Shown here: piece after piece, positions 28,785 to 38,218 of the stretch
Layout of the letters: the number at the start of each line of letters is the position of its first letter
Position numbering within the stretch: position 1 is the stretch's first letter
Translations under genes and position numbers: made by a program
Assembly: GCA_947085185.1 (NCBI GenBank)
Contig: CAMTVK010000019.1
Span: 13,892 to 77,891, forward strand
Direction: 5' to 3'
Source of the DNA: Candidatus Fraserbacteria bacterium
Lineage (GTDB): Bacteria; Bipolaricaulota; Bipolaricaulia; RBG-16-55-9; DRXL01
Length of the DNA: 64,000 nucleotides
The notes under the pieces: model-generated
Told to the model about the DNA's origin: nothing
The model's database searches: none
The model's input: the letters and a program-made list of their open reading frames with translations, nothing else

Positions 28785-29290
28785 ACGTGCTCCTGCTCAG
28801 TAACACCGTGATGGGCCAGCAGCGCCAAGAGCACCAAGCCCGTCCCAACAACGATCGCCGTGTCGGCGAAATTGAACACAGGCCAACTGAAATCCTGCCA
28901 ACGCAGCTCGAGAAAATCTATGACCGCGCCCCGGGTGAAACGATCTATTAAGTTCCCTAAAGCTCCCCCAGCGATACAGATCAGCCCGACGGTCAGAGCT
29001 CGGCGCTGGGGCCCCCCACACAACAACATCCCCATAATCCCTACGCTGACAATAACCCCAAGAACCGCGATCACACCCCCAAAGCCCTGAAAGAGCCCAA
29101 ACGCCCCCCCCTCATTGGAAGTAAGCGTCAGACGCAAAAATCCATCTATAATTTCGACGGGTCGCCCAGGCTCTAAAGCCCTGAGAGCCAGCGCCTTGCT
29201 CACTTGATCGAGCGCTACTATCCCGGCAATGGCCAACAATCTCCGTCGCCTCATTGGGCACAGTATAGCGACCAGAACAAGAAAAATCAA
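28781..29290 (-). CDS. lspA: lipoprotein signal peptidase II
   Basis: DQVSK...LTLTSNEGGAFGL...FNFAD. Confidence 0.85.
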   Translation of the reverse strand: MIFLVLVAILCPMRRRRLLAIAGIVALDQVSKALALRALEPGRPVEIIDGFLRLTLTSNEGGAFGLFQGFGGVIAVLGVIVSVGIMGMLLCGGPQRRALTVGLICIAGGALGNLIDRFTRGAVIDFLELRWQDFSWPVFNFADTAIVVGTGLVLLALLAHHGVTEQEHV

Positions 29291-29339
29291 TTTGCAGTTC
29301 CGTGCTCTTTGCTTTATACTCTAACAGAGGTGAAGCCTG

Positions 29340-30977
29340 ATGACCGCTAAGCCCTGGCTCCGACATTACCCCGACGACATCCCACCCACCCTGAATTATC
29401 CAGAAAAGCCCCTCTATGACTTTCTCGATCGCTCCGCCCTCTCTCACGAGAGAGCGCCAGCACTCATCTTCTTCGGGCAACGGATCAGTTATGGACAGCT
29501 CCGCGAGCTCACCGATCGCTTCGCTGCAGCTCTCGCACAGATCGGAGCCAAGCCCGGCGAAAAGATCTCCCTGATGCTCCCTAACATCCCCCAGTTTGTG
29601 ATCGCGTTCTATGGCGCGCTCAAAGCGGGCCTCACCGTCGTCCAGACGAACCCTCTGTACACCGAAGACGAACTCCTCGTTATATTAAAAGACTCCCAAG
29701 CCGAGACGCTCATCACGCTCGATCGCTTCTATGAAAAAGTCCTGCATGTCCGAGAGCAAACTCATCTCAAGCGCGTCATCGTCACCGGGGTCCAAGAGTT
29801 CTTCCCCGGGTTGCTGCGCTTGGGATATCTCCTCAAAGAGCGCCCGAAGAGAATAAGACCAGCTCCTCCGAACGTCTATCTCTTCTCTGATTTGATTCGC
29901 CATGCCCCAGCGCATCCTCCAGAGATCCCCGTGAAAAGCAGCGATATCGCACTCTTTCAGTACACAGGGGGAACGACGGGGATTCCCAAGGGGGCCATGC
30001 TCACTCATAAGAATCTCGTCGCGAACACGCTGCAAGCGTGCTCGTGGTTCCCTCGCGCCCGACCTGCCCAAGAGACGTGTCTGTGTGTGCTCCCTCTCTT
30101 CCATGTCTACGCCATGACCGTCGCGCTCAATCTCTCTATGGCGCTTGCGGCAGGGCTCATCTTGGTCCCACGCTTCCAGATAGACGAGCTCTTAAAGATC
30201 ATAGATCGTGAACGCCCTACGCTCTTTCCCGGTGCCCCTACGCTCTACGCCGCTATCGCCAACCATCCACGAGTGAAAGACTATCATGTCAGTTCCATCA
30301 AAGCATGCCTCAGCGGTTCCGCCCCGCTCCCGCTGGAAGTCAAACGGCGCTTTGAAGAGCTGACCGGCGCGGCGCTCGTCGAGGGCTACGGGCTTTCAGA
30401 AGCTTCCCCGGTGACCCATTGCAACCCGCTCTATGGGAAGCAAGTGTCAGGGAGCATCGGCATCCCCCTCCCCGATACCGACGCGAAGATCGTCGATCCA
30501 ACTTCGGAGCGCGAGCTGCCCCTTGGAGAGATCGGAGAGCTCGTCGTAAGCGGCCCTCAAGTGATGGCGGGCTATTGGAACCGCCCGGAGGAGACCGCTC
30601 TTGCGCTGCGCGGCGGCTGGCTCCATACGGGCGACCTCGCGCGCATGGACCAAGACGGCTATTTCTATATCGTGGACCGCCTCAAAGAGATGATCATCTG
30701 TTCTGGATTAAAAGTCTATCCCCGCGAGGTCGAAGAGGTCTTATATAAGCATCCCAAGGTGCTCGAAGCTGCGGTCATTGGGGTTCCCGACGCCTATCGC
30801 GGCGAGACCGTCAAGGCGCTCATCGTCCCTAAGCCCGGGACAAACCCAACAGCCGAGGAAATCAAGAGATTCTGCGCTGAGCACCTAGCCAAATATAAAG
30901 TCCCAACGATCGTCGAGTTCCGTGAAGTGCTGCCCAAGAGCATCATTGGGAAGGTTTTAAAGAAAGACCTGCGATGA
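29340..30977 (+). CDS. long-chain fatty acid--CoA ligase (AMP-binding)
   Basis: AMP-binding motif YTGGTTGIPKGAMLTHKNL, and GYGLSE. Confidence 0.85.
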   Translation: MTAKPWLRHYPDDIPPTLNYPEKPLYDFLDRSALSHERAPALIFFGQRISYGQLRELTDRFAAALAQIGAKPGEKISLMLPNIPQFVIAFYGALKAGLTVVQTNPLYTEDELLVILKDSQAETLITLDRFYEKVLHVREQTHLKRVIVTGVQEFFPGLLRLGYLLKERPKRIRPAPPNVYLFSDLIRHAPAHPPEIPVKSSDIALFQYTGGTTGIPKGAMLTHKNLVANTLQACSWFPRARPAQETCLCVLPLFHVYAMTVALNLSMALAAGLILVPRFQIDELLKIIDRERPTLFPGAPTLYAAIANHPRVKDYHVSSIKACLSGSAPLPLEVKRRFEELTGAALVEGYGLSEASPVTHCNPLYGKQVSGSIGIPLPDTDAKIVDPTSERELPLGEIGELVVSGPQVMAGYWNRPEETALALRGGWLHTGDLARMDQDGYFYIVDRLKEMIICSGLKVYPREVEEVLYKHPKVLEAAVIGVPDAYRGETVKALIVPKPGTNPTAEEIKRFCAEHLAKYKVPTIVEFREVLPKSIIGKVLKKDLR

Positions 30978-31609
30978 ACTGCGGCGATATCTCTCTGTGC
31001 TTTGCTGTTGCGGCTTCTCAGAGCTCGCTGAACTGGCTCACCCCACAAGAGATGCGCGCTCTGGAGCGGATCACATCCGAGCAGCATCGCCGGGACTGGC
31101 TTGCCGGACGGAAAGCCGCCAAAGAGCTTCTTCGACGATACTTTCTCTCAACAGGGCTTGCACTTAATGCAGCTCAGATCGAGATTGCCAATGACGAGCA
31201 CGGGGCCCCCTATCTTGTGAGCCCTTCTCCAGCTCCTCTCATCTCGATCGCGCACAGCGCCGGACATGGCTTCGCCGGCCTGTGCGCGCACCGTTCTATC
31301 GGAGTAGATCTCCAACAAATACGCCCAGTGCGCCCCACACTCCAAGAGCGCGTGCTCGCTGAGCACGAGCACAAGCAGCTCGCGGGCGCTAAGAGCAAAG
31401 AAGCAGAAAGAGAAGGGATACTCGTCTTCTGGGCGCTCAAGGAAGCGACCATCAAAGCTCAAAGAACTCGTCCTGCCCCAGCGTTCCGCGAGATCCTCGT
31501 GACCCTGACAACACCAGGGCACGCAGAGATCTCTTGGCGATCCCAGAGATTCACAGCCCAGTGGGGCCGCTGGAGAGGGTTCATCTGGGCCTGGGTCTCT
31601 AACTGTTGA
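30974..31609 (+). CDS. 4'-phosphopantetheinyl transferase (Sfp/EntD type)
   Basis: 211 aa overlapping the ligase stop. WLAGRKAAKEL...GAPYL motifs. Confidence 0.6.
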   Translation: MNCGDISLCFAVAASQSSLNWLTPQEMRALERITSEQHRRDWLAGRKAAKELLRRYFLSTGLALNAAQIEIANDEHGAPYLVSPSPAPLISIAHSAGHGFAGLCAHRSIGVDLQQIRPVRPTLQERVLAEHEHKQLAGAKSKEAEREGILVFWALKEATIKAQRTRPAPAFREILVTLTTPGHAEISWRSQRFTAQWGRWRGFIWAWVSNC

Positions 31610-33953
31610 GCTCGACGATCGTCACGCCGTCGCCGCCTTGGGTGGGCGGGGCAGACTCAAAGCTCTTCACGATGGGCAGGGTTGCCAAGTGCTTGCGAAT
31701 CTCTTTGCGCAAGATGCCAGCGCCCTTGCCATGCACGATATACCCGCGCGTCAGCCCCGCTAACACTAAGCGATCTAAATAGAGATCGAGCTCCCGGAGG
31801 GCTTCACTGACGGTCATGCCCCGCACGTTCAATTCTAATGCCGGAGCTGAAGCCACATCGAAATGCACCGAGATCGTGCGCCGCTCCGCCTCGCTCATCT
31901 GAGCGCGAGTTGGTTGGACCAAATCCGAGAGCTTGGCCCACAAGCGCAGCCCGCCCACATCCACTTCGATGCGTTCCGCAGCGACGATCTTTCGCACGAC
32001 GCCGATCTTCTTAGACCCACGAAATTGCACAGGCAGCCCCTTCCGAAGCTGCTCCAAAGGGATAGGAACATCAGCGGGCTCTTGGCGGAGCTGCTGCCCT
32101 GCCTCAGCCAGACGACTGCCTAGCTCTTGGACTTCCTTGAGCTTTGCGCGCAGGCGTTCTTCATCGGCGCGCTGCTTGGCAATGTGTAAAGCCTCTTCTA
32201 AAGCCCCCCGCGCTTGTTTCAAGAGGTGCTCCAGACGGCGAAGCTCGTGAGTTAGGGCTTCTTCTTTGCGGCGGCGCAGTTCCTCAAGTTTTTGGGTATA
32301 CTCGGCTTTGAGCTCTTCCAATTCGTGGGCACGCTGGCTTATCGCGAGCCGTTCGTGCGCGAGCTCGCTGCGCTCCTGCTGAAGCTTCTGAAGAACATCC
32401 TCGACCCGCACTTGCCCTTCGGTCAAGTGCGTCTTCGCCAGAGCTACAACGTGCGGCGGCACCCCAAGGCGCTCCGCAATGATGAACGCATTGCTTGCGC
32501 CCACCCCTTCAACGATCTTATACGTGGGCGAAAGCGTCTCAATATCGAATGCGACAGAACAAGTCTTTAGCTTCGGATGCTGATATGCGAAGTGCTTGAT
32601 CGCGCTCAAATGCGTCGTAACGATAAGCTTGGCGTTGGAATCGAGCAATGTCTGTAGGAGCGCGATCCCCAAGGCTGCGCCCTCCGTAGGATCGGTGCCC
32701 GCACCAAGCTCGTCAATGAGCACCAAAGTCTGGGGATCTGCCTCGCGCAAGATCTCAACGAGATTTTTCATATGGGCAGAGAATGTACTGAGATTCTGCT
32801 GGATGGACTGCTCATCGCCGATGTCTGTAAAAATCTTCTGAAAGAGCACGATTGTGCTCTCAGGGGCAGCGGGAATGGGAATCCCCGATTGCGCCATGAG
32901 CGTCAGCAGCCCGACGGTCTTGAGCGAGACGGTCTTGCCGCCGGTGTTGGGCCCGGTGATGACCATCCCCTGGAAGGGTGCTCCCAGACGGATATCAATG
33001 GGCACAACGGCCGTCTGATCGAGCAAGGGATGGCGCGCCTCAATCAAGTGCAGGGGGCCATCTTGGGTGATCGTGGGACGGGAGCACCGCAAGTGCAGAG
33101 CAAACTGTGCTTTCGCGTAGAGCACATCAAAGTACGCTAAGATTTTGAGGGTCTCTTCGATCTTGCGGGTTTCGGCTTGCAGTTTTTTGGTGAGCTCGCG
33201 CATGATGGCAAGCTGTTCGTCGCGGATCTCCCCGTCCAGCTCACGGATCTCATTGTTCTCAGCGACGACAGAAGTCGGCTCGACGTAGAGCGTCTGTCCA
33301 GAGTCCGAGCTGTCATGCACCACTGCATCGAGCTCATAGCGAGCATTGCTCTTGATGGGGATGACGAACCGTCCGGAGCGCCGCGTGACCACGCTATCTT
33401 GTAATACCCCAGACCATTGCCCAGACTGAATGAGAGCTTGCAACCGACGCTGGACTCGCTCTTCTAGGGTGCGCCTTCGGCTGGTCAATTCGCGTAAGCG
33501 TGGTGAAGCGCTGTCGCGGACTTGGCCGTCGTCATCAAAGACTCTTACGATATTCTCTTCCAGCTCGCGGAAGACGTGTATCCGTTCGCCAAGCTCGCGC
33601 ACCTGCGGATAGTCGTCGAGGCGCATCAAGCGCTCGCGGAGGGTGCGTGCCTGACTGATAGCTTGATGGAGAGCGAGAAACTCTTCACCGCTCAGCGCAA
33701 CTGTCTGATGGGCATGGTGTAAGATAGGGCGGATATCCGGCAGTGGGCCAAGTGAGAGATCCGTGGCAAGCAATGCCTCTCGCAGCTCCTCGACGCGGTC
33801 CAGCTCCCGCTGCACCGTGGACAAGTCCGCGGATGGCCGCAAGTTCTCAATGAGCTCGCGCCCCACTTCCGAGCACGCAAAGCTCTTCAGAATCTCCTTG
33901 AGTCTCTCGTACTCCAGATCTTTGAAAGTCTTGGCGCTGGTAACGATGTTCAC
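31599..33953 (-). CDS. mutS2: endonuclease MutS2 (MutS domain + C-terminal Smr)
   Basis: GPNTGGKTVSLKTVGLL, DELGAGTDP, and a C-terminal Smr domain (LDLHGKGAGILRKEIRKHL type). Confidence 0.9.
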   Translation of the reverse strand: MNIVTSAKTFKDLEYERLKEILKSFACSEVGRELIENLRPSADLSTVQRELDRVEELREALLATDLSLGPLPDIRPILHHAHQTVALSGEEFLALHQAISQARTLRERLMRLDDYPQVRELGERIHVFRELEENIVRVFDDDGQVRDSASPRLRELTSRRRTLEERVQRRLQALIQSGQWSGVLQDSVVTRRSGRFVIPIKSNARYELDAVVHDSSDSGQTLYVEPTSVVAENNEIRELDGEIRDEQLAIMRELTKKLQAETRKIEETLKILAYFDVLYAKAQFALHLRCSRPTITQDGPLHLIEARHPLLDQTAVVPIDIRLGAPFQGMVITGPNTGGKTVSLKTVGLLTLMAQSGIPIPAAPESTIVLFQKIFTDIGDEQSIQQNLSTFSAHMKNLVEILREADPQTLVLIDELGAGTDPTEGAALGIALLQTLLDSNAKLIVTTHLSAIKHFAYQHPKLKTCSVAFDIETLSPTYKIVEGVGASNAFIIAERLGVPPHVVALAKTHLTEGQVRVEDVLQKLQQERSELAHERLAISQRAHELEELKAEYTQKLEELRRRKEEALTHELRRLEHLLKQARGALEEALHIAKQRADEERLRAKLKEVQELGSRLAEAGQQLRQEPADVPIPLEQLRKGLPVQFRGSKKIGVVRKIVAAERIEVDVGGLRLWAKLSDLVQPTRAQMSEAERRTISVHFDVASAPALELNVRGMTVSEALRELDLYLDRLVLAGLTRGYIVHGKGAGILRKEIRKHLATLPIVKSFESAPPTQGGDGVTIVELNS

Positions 33954-34723
33954 TTCAGGAGTCCTACGGTCAAGCCACCATCAACGATAATGCTCTGTCC
34001 ACGGATCATTTCGGCGTCGTCGCTGCAGAGAAATGCCACGACTTTGGCGATATCTTCGGGTTTGACCATCCGTCCTGCGGGGGTCAGCCGCGCGATGCGC
34101 TCTTTCTCGTCTTGGGGCATCATGTGGCTGAAGCCCGTCTCGTCCACAAGTCCTCCGCAGACGGCGTTCACCGCAATCTTAGGAGCAAGCTCGACGGCAT
34201 AGCTGCGCGTGAGCGACTCAATCGCGGCTTTGGCCGCACCAAGCGCTCCGTAGTTGGGCAGATATGTGATGCTCCCTAAGCTCGTAATATTGATAATGGC
34301 ACCCTGAGTCATCAGGGGAACCGTGTGCTTGATGCAGAGATTGATCGCTCTGAGATTGACGTCCCAGACGTGCTCCCAGTGCTTCTCTTCTAACTGTAAC
34401 AAGGGGCGAAAGACCGCGGAAGCCGCGTTGTTCACCAAGATATCGAGCTTGCCAAACTCACTCTGAATCGCGGAGAACATCTGGGCGACGTCGTGTGGAT
34501 CGGCGACGTCGGCTTTGATGACCAACGTGCGTCTGCCCAACTGAGTGAGCTCATGGGCGACGGCTTCGGCCTGGGCGCGGGTGCTGTTGCGCCGATGATT
34601 CAAGACAACGTCAGCGCCGCGACGGCCAAGCTCAAGCGCAATAGCTCGACCGATCCCGCGGCTCGACCCTGTGACCAGCGCGACTTTTCCCTGCAAATCC
34701 ATGCCCACGCAAGCATAAAGCAT
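33950..34723 (-). CDS. SDR-family oxidoreductase (FabG-like)
   Basis: GSSRGIGRAIA...NNAA...YGALGAAKAA. Confidence 0.85.
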   Translation of the reverse strand: MLYACVGMDLQGKVALVTGSSRGIGRAIALELGRRGADVVLNHRRNSTRAQAEAVAHELTQLGRRTLVIKADVADPHDVAQMFSAIQSEFGKLDILVNNAASAVFRPLLQLEEKHWEHVWDVNLRAINLCIKHTVPLMTQGAIINITSLGSITYLPNYGALGAAKAAIESLTRSYAVELAPKIAVNAVCGGLVDETGFSHMMPQDEKERIARLTPAGRMVKPEDIAKVVAFLCSDDAEMIRGQSIIVDGGLTVGLLK

Positions 34724-34832
34724 CTCGAGAAGCTTTGCAACTTGACGGATGCTCTTCTATCTGATAAGATTACAAGGCTCATTTCAGCACCTAACCGTCT
34801 GGATGAAGCACTCATAACAAGGAGTGATACCC

Positions 34833-36143
34833 ATGAAGCGCGTCATTATTATGGGCGCCGCCGGGCGCGATTTCCATAACTTCAACGTGTACTTCCGCGA
34901 TAACCCTAACTATAAAGTCGTCGCCTTCACTGCCACGCAAATCCCCGATATTGACGAGCGCCGCTACCCTGCTAAACTCGCAGGCAAACTCTACCCCAAA
35001 GGCATCCCCATCGAATCCGAAGAGCATTTAAGAGCACTGATAGCCGAACACGACGTCGATCTTGTGGTCTTCTCGTATAGTGATGTCTCTCATCAGTACG
35101 TGATGGAACGGGCGAGCTGGGCCATGGCCGCCGGCGCAGATTTTATGCTCCTTGGCCCCAAATCAACCCAGCTGCACTCTAAAAAGCCCGTGATCTCCGT
35201 GACAGCTGTGCGCACCGGCTCGGGCAAAAGCCAAACCACCCGACGCGTCACAGATATCTTACGCAAGCACGGCAAACGGGTCGTGGTGGTGCGCCATCCC
35301 ATGCCCTACGGCGATCTGGTCAAGCAAGAATGCCAGCGCTTCGCAAGTTTTAAAGACTTAGATCGATACGAGTGCACTATTGAGGAGCGCGAGGAGTACG
35401 AGCCCCATCTGACCCGGGGCACAGTCGTCTACGCCGGCGTAGATTACGAGAAGATTCTGCGCATGGCCGAGCGCGAAGCCGACGTGATCGTCTGGGACGG
35501 GGGGAACAACGACTTCTCGTTCTTCGTGCCCGATCTCACGATCGTCGTCGCTGATCCGTTGCGCGCGGGGCACGAAGTCAGCTATTACCCTGGGCATATC
35601 AATCTCTTGTTGGCTGACGTCGTGGTCATCAACAAAGTAGACACGGCCGCGCGCGCTGAGGTAGAACGGGTGCGCGAGAACATCCGGAAGTTCAATCCCA
35701 CCGCGAAGATCGTTGAAGCAGCTTCCCCGATCTTCGTGGAGGATCCTTCGATTATTGAGGGCAAGCGCGTCTTGGCCATCGAAGATGGGCCGACGCTCAC
35801 CCACGGCGAGATGGCCTACGGCGCGGCCACGCTCGCCGCTGAAAAGTACGGCGCCACAGAGCTCGTTGACCCCAGACCCCATGCCGTCAATTCTATTGCT
35901 GAAACGTTCAAGAAGTACCCCCATATCGGAAAGCTTCTCCCCGCCATGGGCTACGGCGATGAACAGATTAAAGACTTAGCGAAGACGATCAAGCGCACGG
36001 ACTGCGATGCCGTCATCATTGGCACTCCCATCGATCTGAAGAGACTGATAAAATTTGATGTGCCCACGACGCGCGTGCTCTATGAGTTGCAAGAGATCGG
36101 CCATCCCACGCTCGAAGAAGTTCTCAAACCCTTGATAGACTGA
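34833..36143 (+). CDS. COG2403-type predicted GTPase (cyclic 2,3-diphosphoglycerate synthetase-like)
   Basis: AAGGAG ribosome-binding site. N-terminal IIMGAAGRDFHNFNV, P-loop RTGSGKSQTT, and G4 motif VINKVD. Confidence 0.45.
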   Translation: MKRVIIMGAAGRDFHNFNVYFRDNPNYKVVAFTATQIPDIDERRYPAKLAGKLYPKGIPIESEEHLRALIAEHDVDLVVFSYSDVSHQYVMERASWAMAAGADFMLLGPKSTQLHSKKPVISVTAVRTGSGKSQTTRRVTDILRKHGKRVVVVRHPMPYGDLVKQECQRFASFKDLDRYECTIEEREEYEPHLTRGTVVYAGVDYEKILRMAEREADVIVWDGGNNDFSFFVPDLTIVVADPLRAGHEVSYYPGHINLLLADVVVINKVDTAARAEVERVRENIRKFNPTAKIVEAASPIFVEDPSIIEGKRVLAIEDGPTLTHGEMAYGAATLAAEKYGATELVDPRPHAVNSIAETFKKYPHIGKLLPAMGYGDEQIKDLAKTIKRTDCDAVIIGTPIDLKRLIKFDVPTTRVLYELQEIGHPTLEEVLKPLID

Positions 36144-36235
36144 GACAACGGTCACCCTACGATCAGACCGAAGATCGATCTCCCCTGCACGGGCTTCCTT
36201 GGCAGCGCGAGCAGAACTGCCTAGAGTTATCGTGT

Positions 36236-37309
36236 ATGAATCAGCTACGACGAAGCGTCGCGTGCGGGGTCTTGGTGCTCTCGTTCAGCATGCTCAGCAT
36301 TGCTTCTTGGGAACAGATCGCACTGGGGCAATCTGTCTTAGGGCGTTTCATGAGCGCGCTGAGTTTTAACAACGTCGCGCCCTACTTTTTGAATGCTGAA
36401 TTTCGCATTCTCTCTCGAATCAGCGTCGCCGAGGCTGCCTTCGCGACCGATACCAAGTTCGACATCACTCTCTTGCGCTGGCAGAAATTCATCGCGTCGG
36501 TGGGCGTCAATCCGCTGTCGGCGCGCAATCGCCTGACGTTCGTCAACGGATTTACGTTTGATAAGAACGAACTGGTCGCAGCGTTGAGCTTTGGCGGGGT
36601 CTCTATTGGCGTTGAGCTCATCCTCAAAAATCAAAGTCCCTCACTCGAAGTTGGGCTGGTCGTCGAAGCCGCAGCGAAGACGGAATGGTTCACGATCGCC
36701 AGTTACACCGGCTTTGGCGTCACCCAAGTCGTCGAAGACTTGGATGTAGATCAGCTGCCTATCGTGAACGAGCCCTTCGGCTTTGAACCGAGAATTGTGA
36801 AGCTGGACACGTTCAGCGAGCGCGAGCCCGACCGCGTCGTCACCGCGCCGTTTCTCTTCACTGAAGAGATCGTGGCTGCGGAATTTTATGCTCTCGATAT
36901 AGCTTCTCTGAGCGTGATGACGCTCTTTACGCCGGGGGGGTTAAGAAAGCTCATCCCTGCGCTCGCGGTGAAAGTGAACGCTCCGGCCGCGGACCTGCGC
37001 TTGCGCATGACGGTCAGCTCGACGTTCGAGTTCGTCCCGCCCGCTGTGTTCTTGACGTTCTTGCCCGTTGAGCTTCACCTGCAGTGGAGCTTCTTCCGGT
37101 GGCGCAGCTTCACGCTCTTGGCTGATCCAGCTCCTCCAGGCCCTCCCAATGGGGTATTCTCCTTCCGACGGCAAGTCTTCCAATCGCTCTTTGAGCTTGC
37201 GTTCTTCCGGGCGTTCACGGAGATCTGCTTTGGGCCGGACTGTCCTGGAGGCTCGGGGCTAGAGTGGCGCTTTGGGGTCGAGCTGCGCTTCCTCTTCGGC
37301 GGCCCATAA
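36236..37309 (+). CDS. secreted hypothetical protein, probable outer-membrane beta-barrel
   Basis: Signal peptide, alternating hydrophobic dyads, and a C-terminal ...GVELRFLFGGP. Confidence 0.45.
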   Translation: MNQLRRSVACGVLVLSFSMLSIASWEQIALGQSVLGRFMSALSFNNVAPYFLNAEFRILSRISVAEAAFATDTKFDITLLRWQKFIASVGVNPLSARNRLTFVNGFTFDKNELVAALSFGGVSIGVELILKNQSPSLEVGLVVEAAAKTEWFTIASYTGFGVTQVVEDLDVDQLPIVNEPFGFEPRIVKLDTFSEREPDRVVTAPFLFTEEIVAAEFYALDIASLSVMTLFTPGGLRKLIPALAVKVNAPAADLRLRMTVSSTFEFVPPAVFLTFLPVELHLQWSFFRWRSFTLLADPAPPGPPNGVFSFRRQVFQSLFELAFFRAFTEICFGPDCPGGSGLEWRFGVELRFLFGGP

Positions 37310-37393
37310 CGAAAACGCCCCATCCTACAAGCTCCATACATACAATGTAACGTCCATCACAGGTGCTCAAAGCGATATCGATATTCTCCCATC

Positions 37394-37422
37394 TTGACAA
37401 TGTGATTTTATTATGTTATAGT
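37394..37422 (+). promoter_or_regulatory. sigma70-type promoter TTGACA-N17-TATAGT
   Basis: TTGACA at 37394-37399 and TATAGT at 37417-37422. It precedes a 145-nt A-rich leader. Confidence 0.55.
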
Positions 37423-37568
37423 TATTATGTCTCTGAAAGGAGGTGCAGGAGCGCAGCCCAAAGACAAAGACAGTCCTGACAAAGGCAAACCGCGCGAAAG
37501 CGCGGGACGCAAAGCCACAGGCCTACGACAGTGCACACTGTTATCGGCGGCTGGGCTGCCAAAGGACC

Positions 37569-38087
37569 ATGAAGAAGATGCTTGTGCTCGCTGCAGTGGT
37601 AAGCTTAGGTAGTCTGGTTTTCAGCTTGGAAAGCTCCTCGCAGGGCTCAACGAGCGCAGTGGTAACCTTTCGCATTGCGCCCTCGATGAGTCTCTCTATC
37701 TTGGGCGAGAGCACCTCTGGGAACAGCGTGGTCTCGATCTACACGATGCCGCGCCCAACTGCCCAAGAGCGTCAGGCGGGGTTTCTCGAGCGCCTCAACG
37801 CTCTCACGCTGATAGCTCGCAGCAACGTACCGTGGGCCCTGCGCGTCCGCGCTCAAGAGCCCGAGATGGGGATCAGCGATGACGGCACGTATCATAAGCC
37901 CGTCAGCGATTTTGAGGTGCGCGCATCCAGAGGAGCATATCTCCCTGTGGCCCTGTCCGATCAGCTCCTCACCCGCGGCAGCCCCGGGGAACATCCTCTC
38001 AGCATAGACTATAGAATACGCTTAGGGCCGGAACACCGCGATGGCACCTACTCCATTACGCTGATCTATACTCTGGTCTCCCAGTAA
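37569..38087 (+). CDS. small secreted protein, SCPU-like (spore coat U/Csu-pilin-like) candidate
   Basis: AAAGGA ribosome-binding site before ATG 37569. Signal peptide MKKMLVLAAVVSLGSLVFS. The C-terminus GTYSITLIYTLVSQ resembles the GxYTDTVTVTV tail of SCPU subunits. Confidence 0.5.
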   Translation: MKKMLVLAAVVSLGSLVFSLESSSQGSTSAVVTFRIAPSMSLSILGESTSGNSVVSIYTMPRPTAQERQAGFLERLNALTLIARSNVPWALRVRAQEPEMGISDDGTYHKPVSDFEVRASRGAYLPVALSDQLLTRGSPGEHPLSIDYRIRLGPEHRDGTYSITLIYTLVSQ

Positions 38088-38152
38088 CCCCAGCACTTCT
38101 CGAGAGGCTTTCCCCTGCCAGAGGCCATCCCTTGGTATATCGTGTTTTCACC

Positions 38153-38181
38153 TTGACAGAGGTCTCAAGTTCGTGTATAGT
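38153..38181 (+). promoter_or_regulatory. sigma70-type promoter TTGACA-N17-TATAGT for the RHH regulator gene
   Basis: TTGACA at 38153-38158 and TATAGT at 38176-38181, followed by AGGAGG at 38204-38209. Confidence 0.55.
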
Positions 38182-38218
38182 ATATTATAGCACTCAACAG
38201 AGAAGGAGGAAGAAAGCC

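Noticed and set aside
37427-37612. The 61-codon ORF 37427-37612 as the first gene of the locus, and GTG 37443 as the start of the secreted protein.
   Set aside because: There is no ribosome-binding site for either. The GTG lies within an AAGGAGG-like stretch. The product is Lys/Asp-rich low complexity until the real signal peptide at 37569, which has its own AAAGGA ribosome-binding site. It is kept only as a possible leader peptide in the findings.
37569-38087. WxL-domain protein (NVPWALRV) with the downstream protein as DUF916/DUF3324, i.e. an Enterococcus/Lactobacillus csc-type cluster.
   Set aside because: There is only one W-x-L occurrence and no second motif, no LPXTG partner, and the organism appears diderm (FadL-type OMPs, C-terminal Phe barrels). 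The SCPU/PapD-like interpretation fits better, though both remain fold-level guesses.
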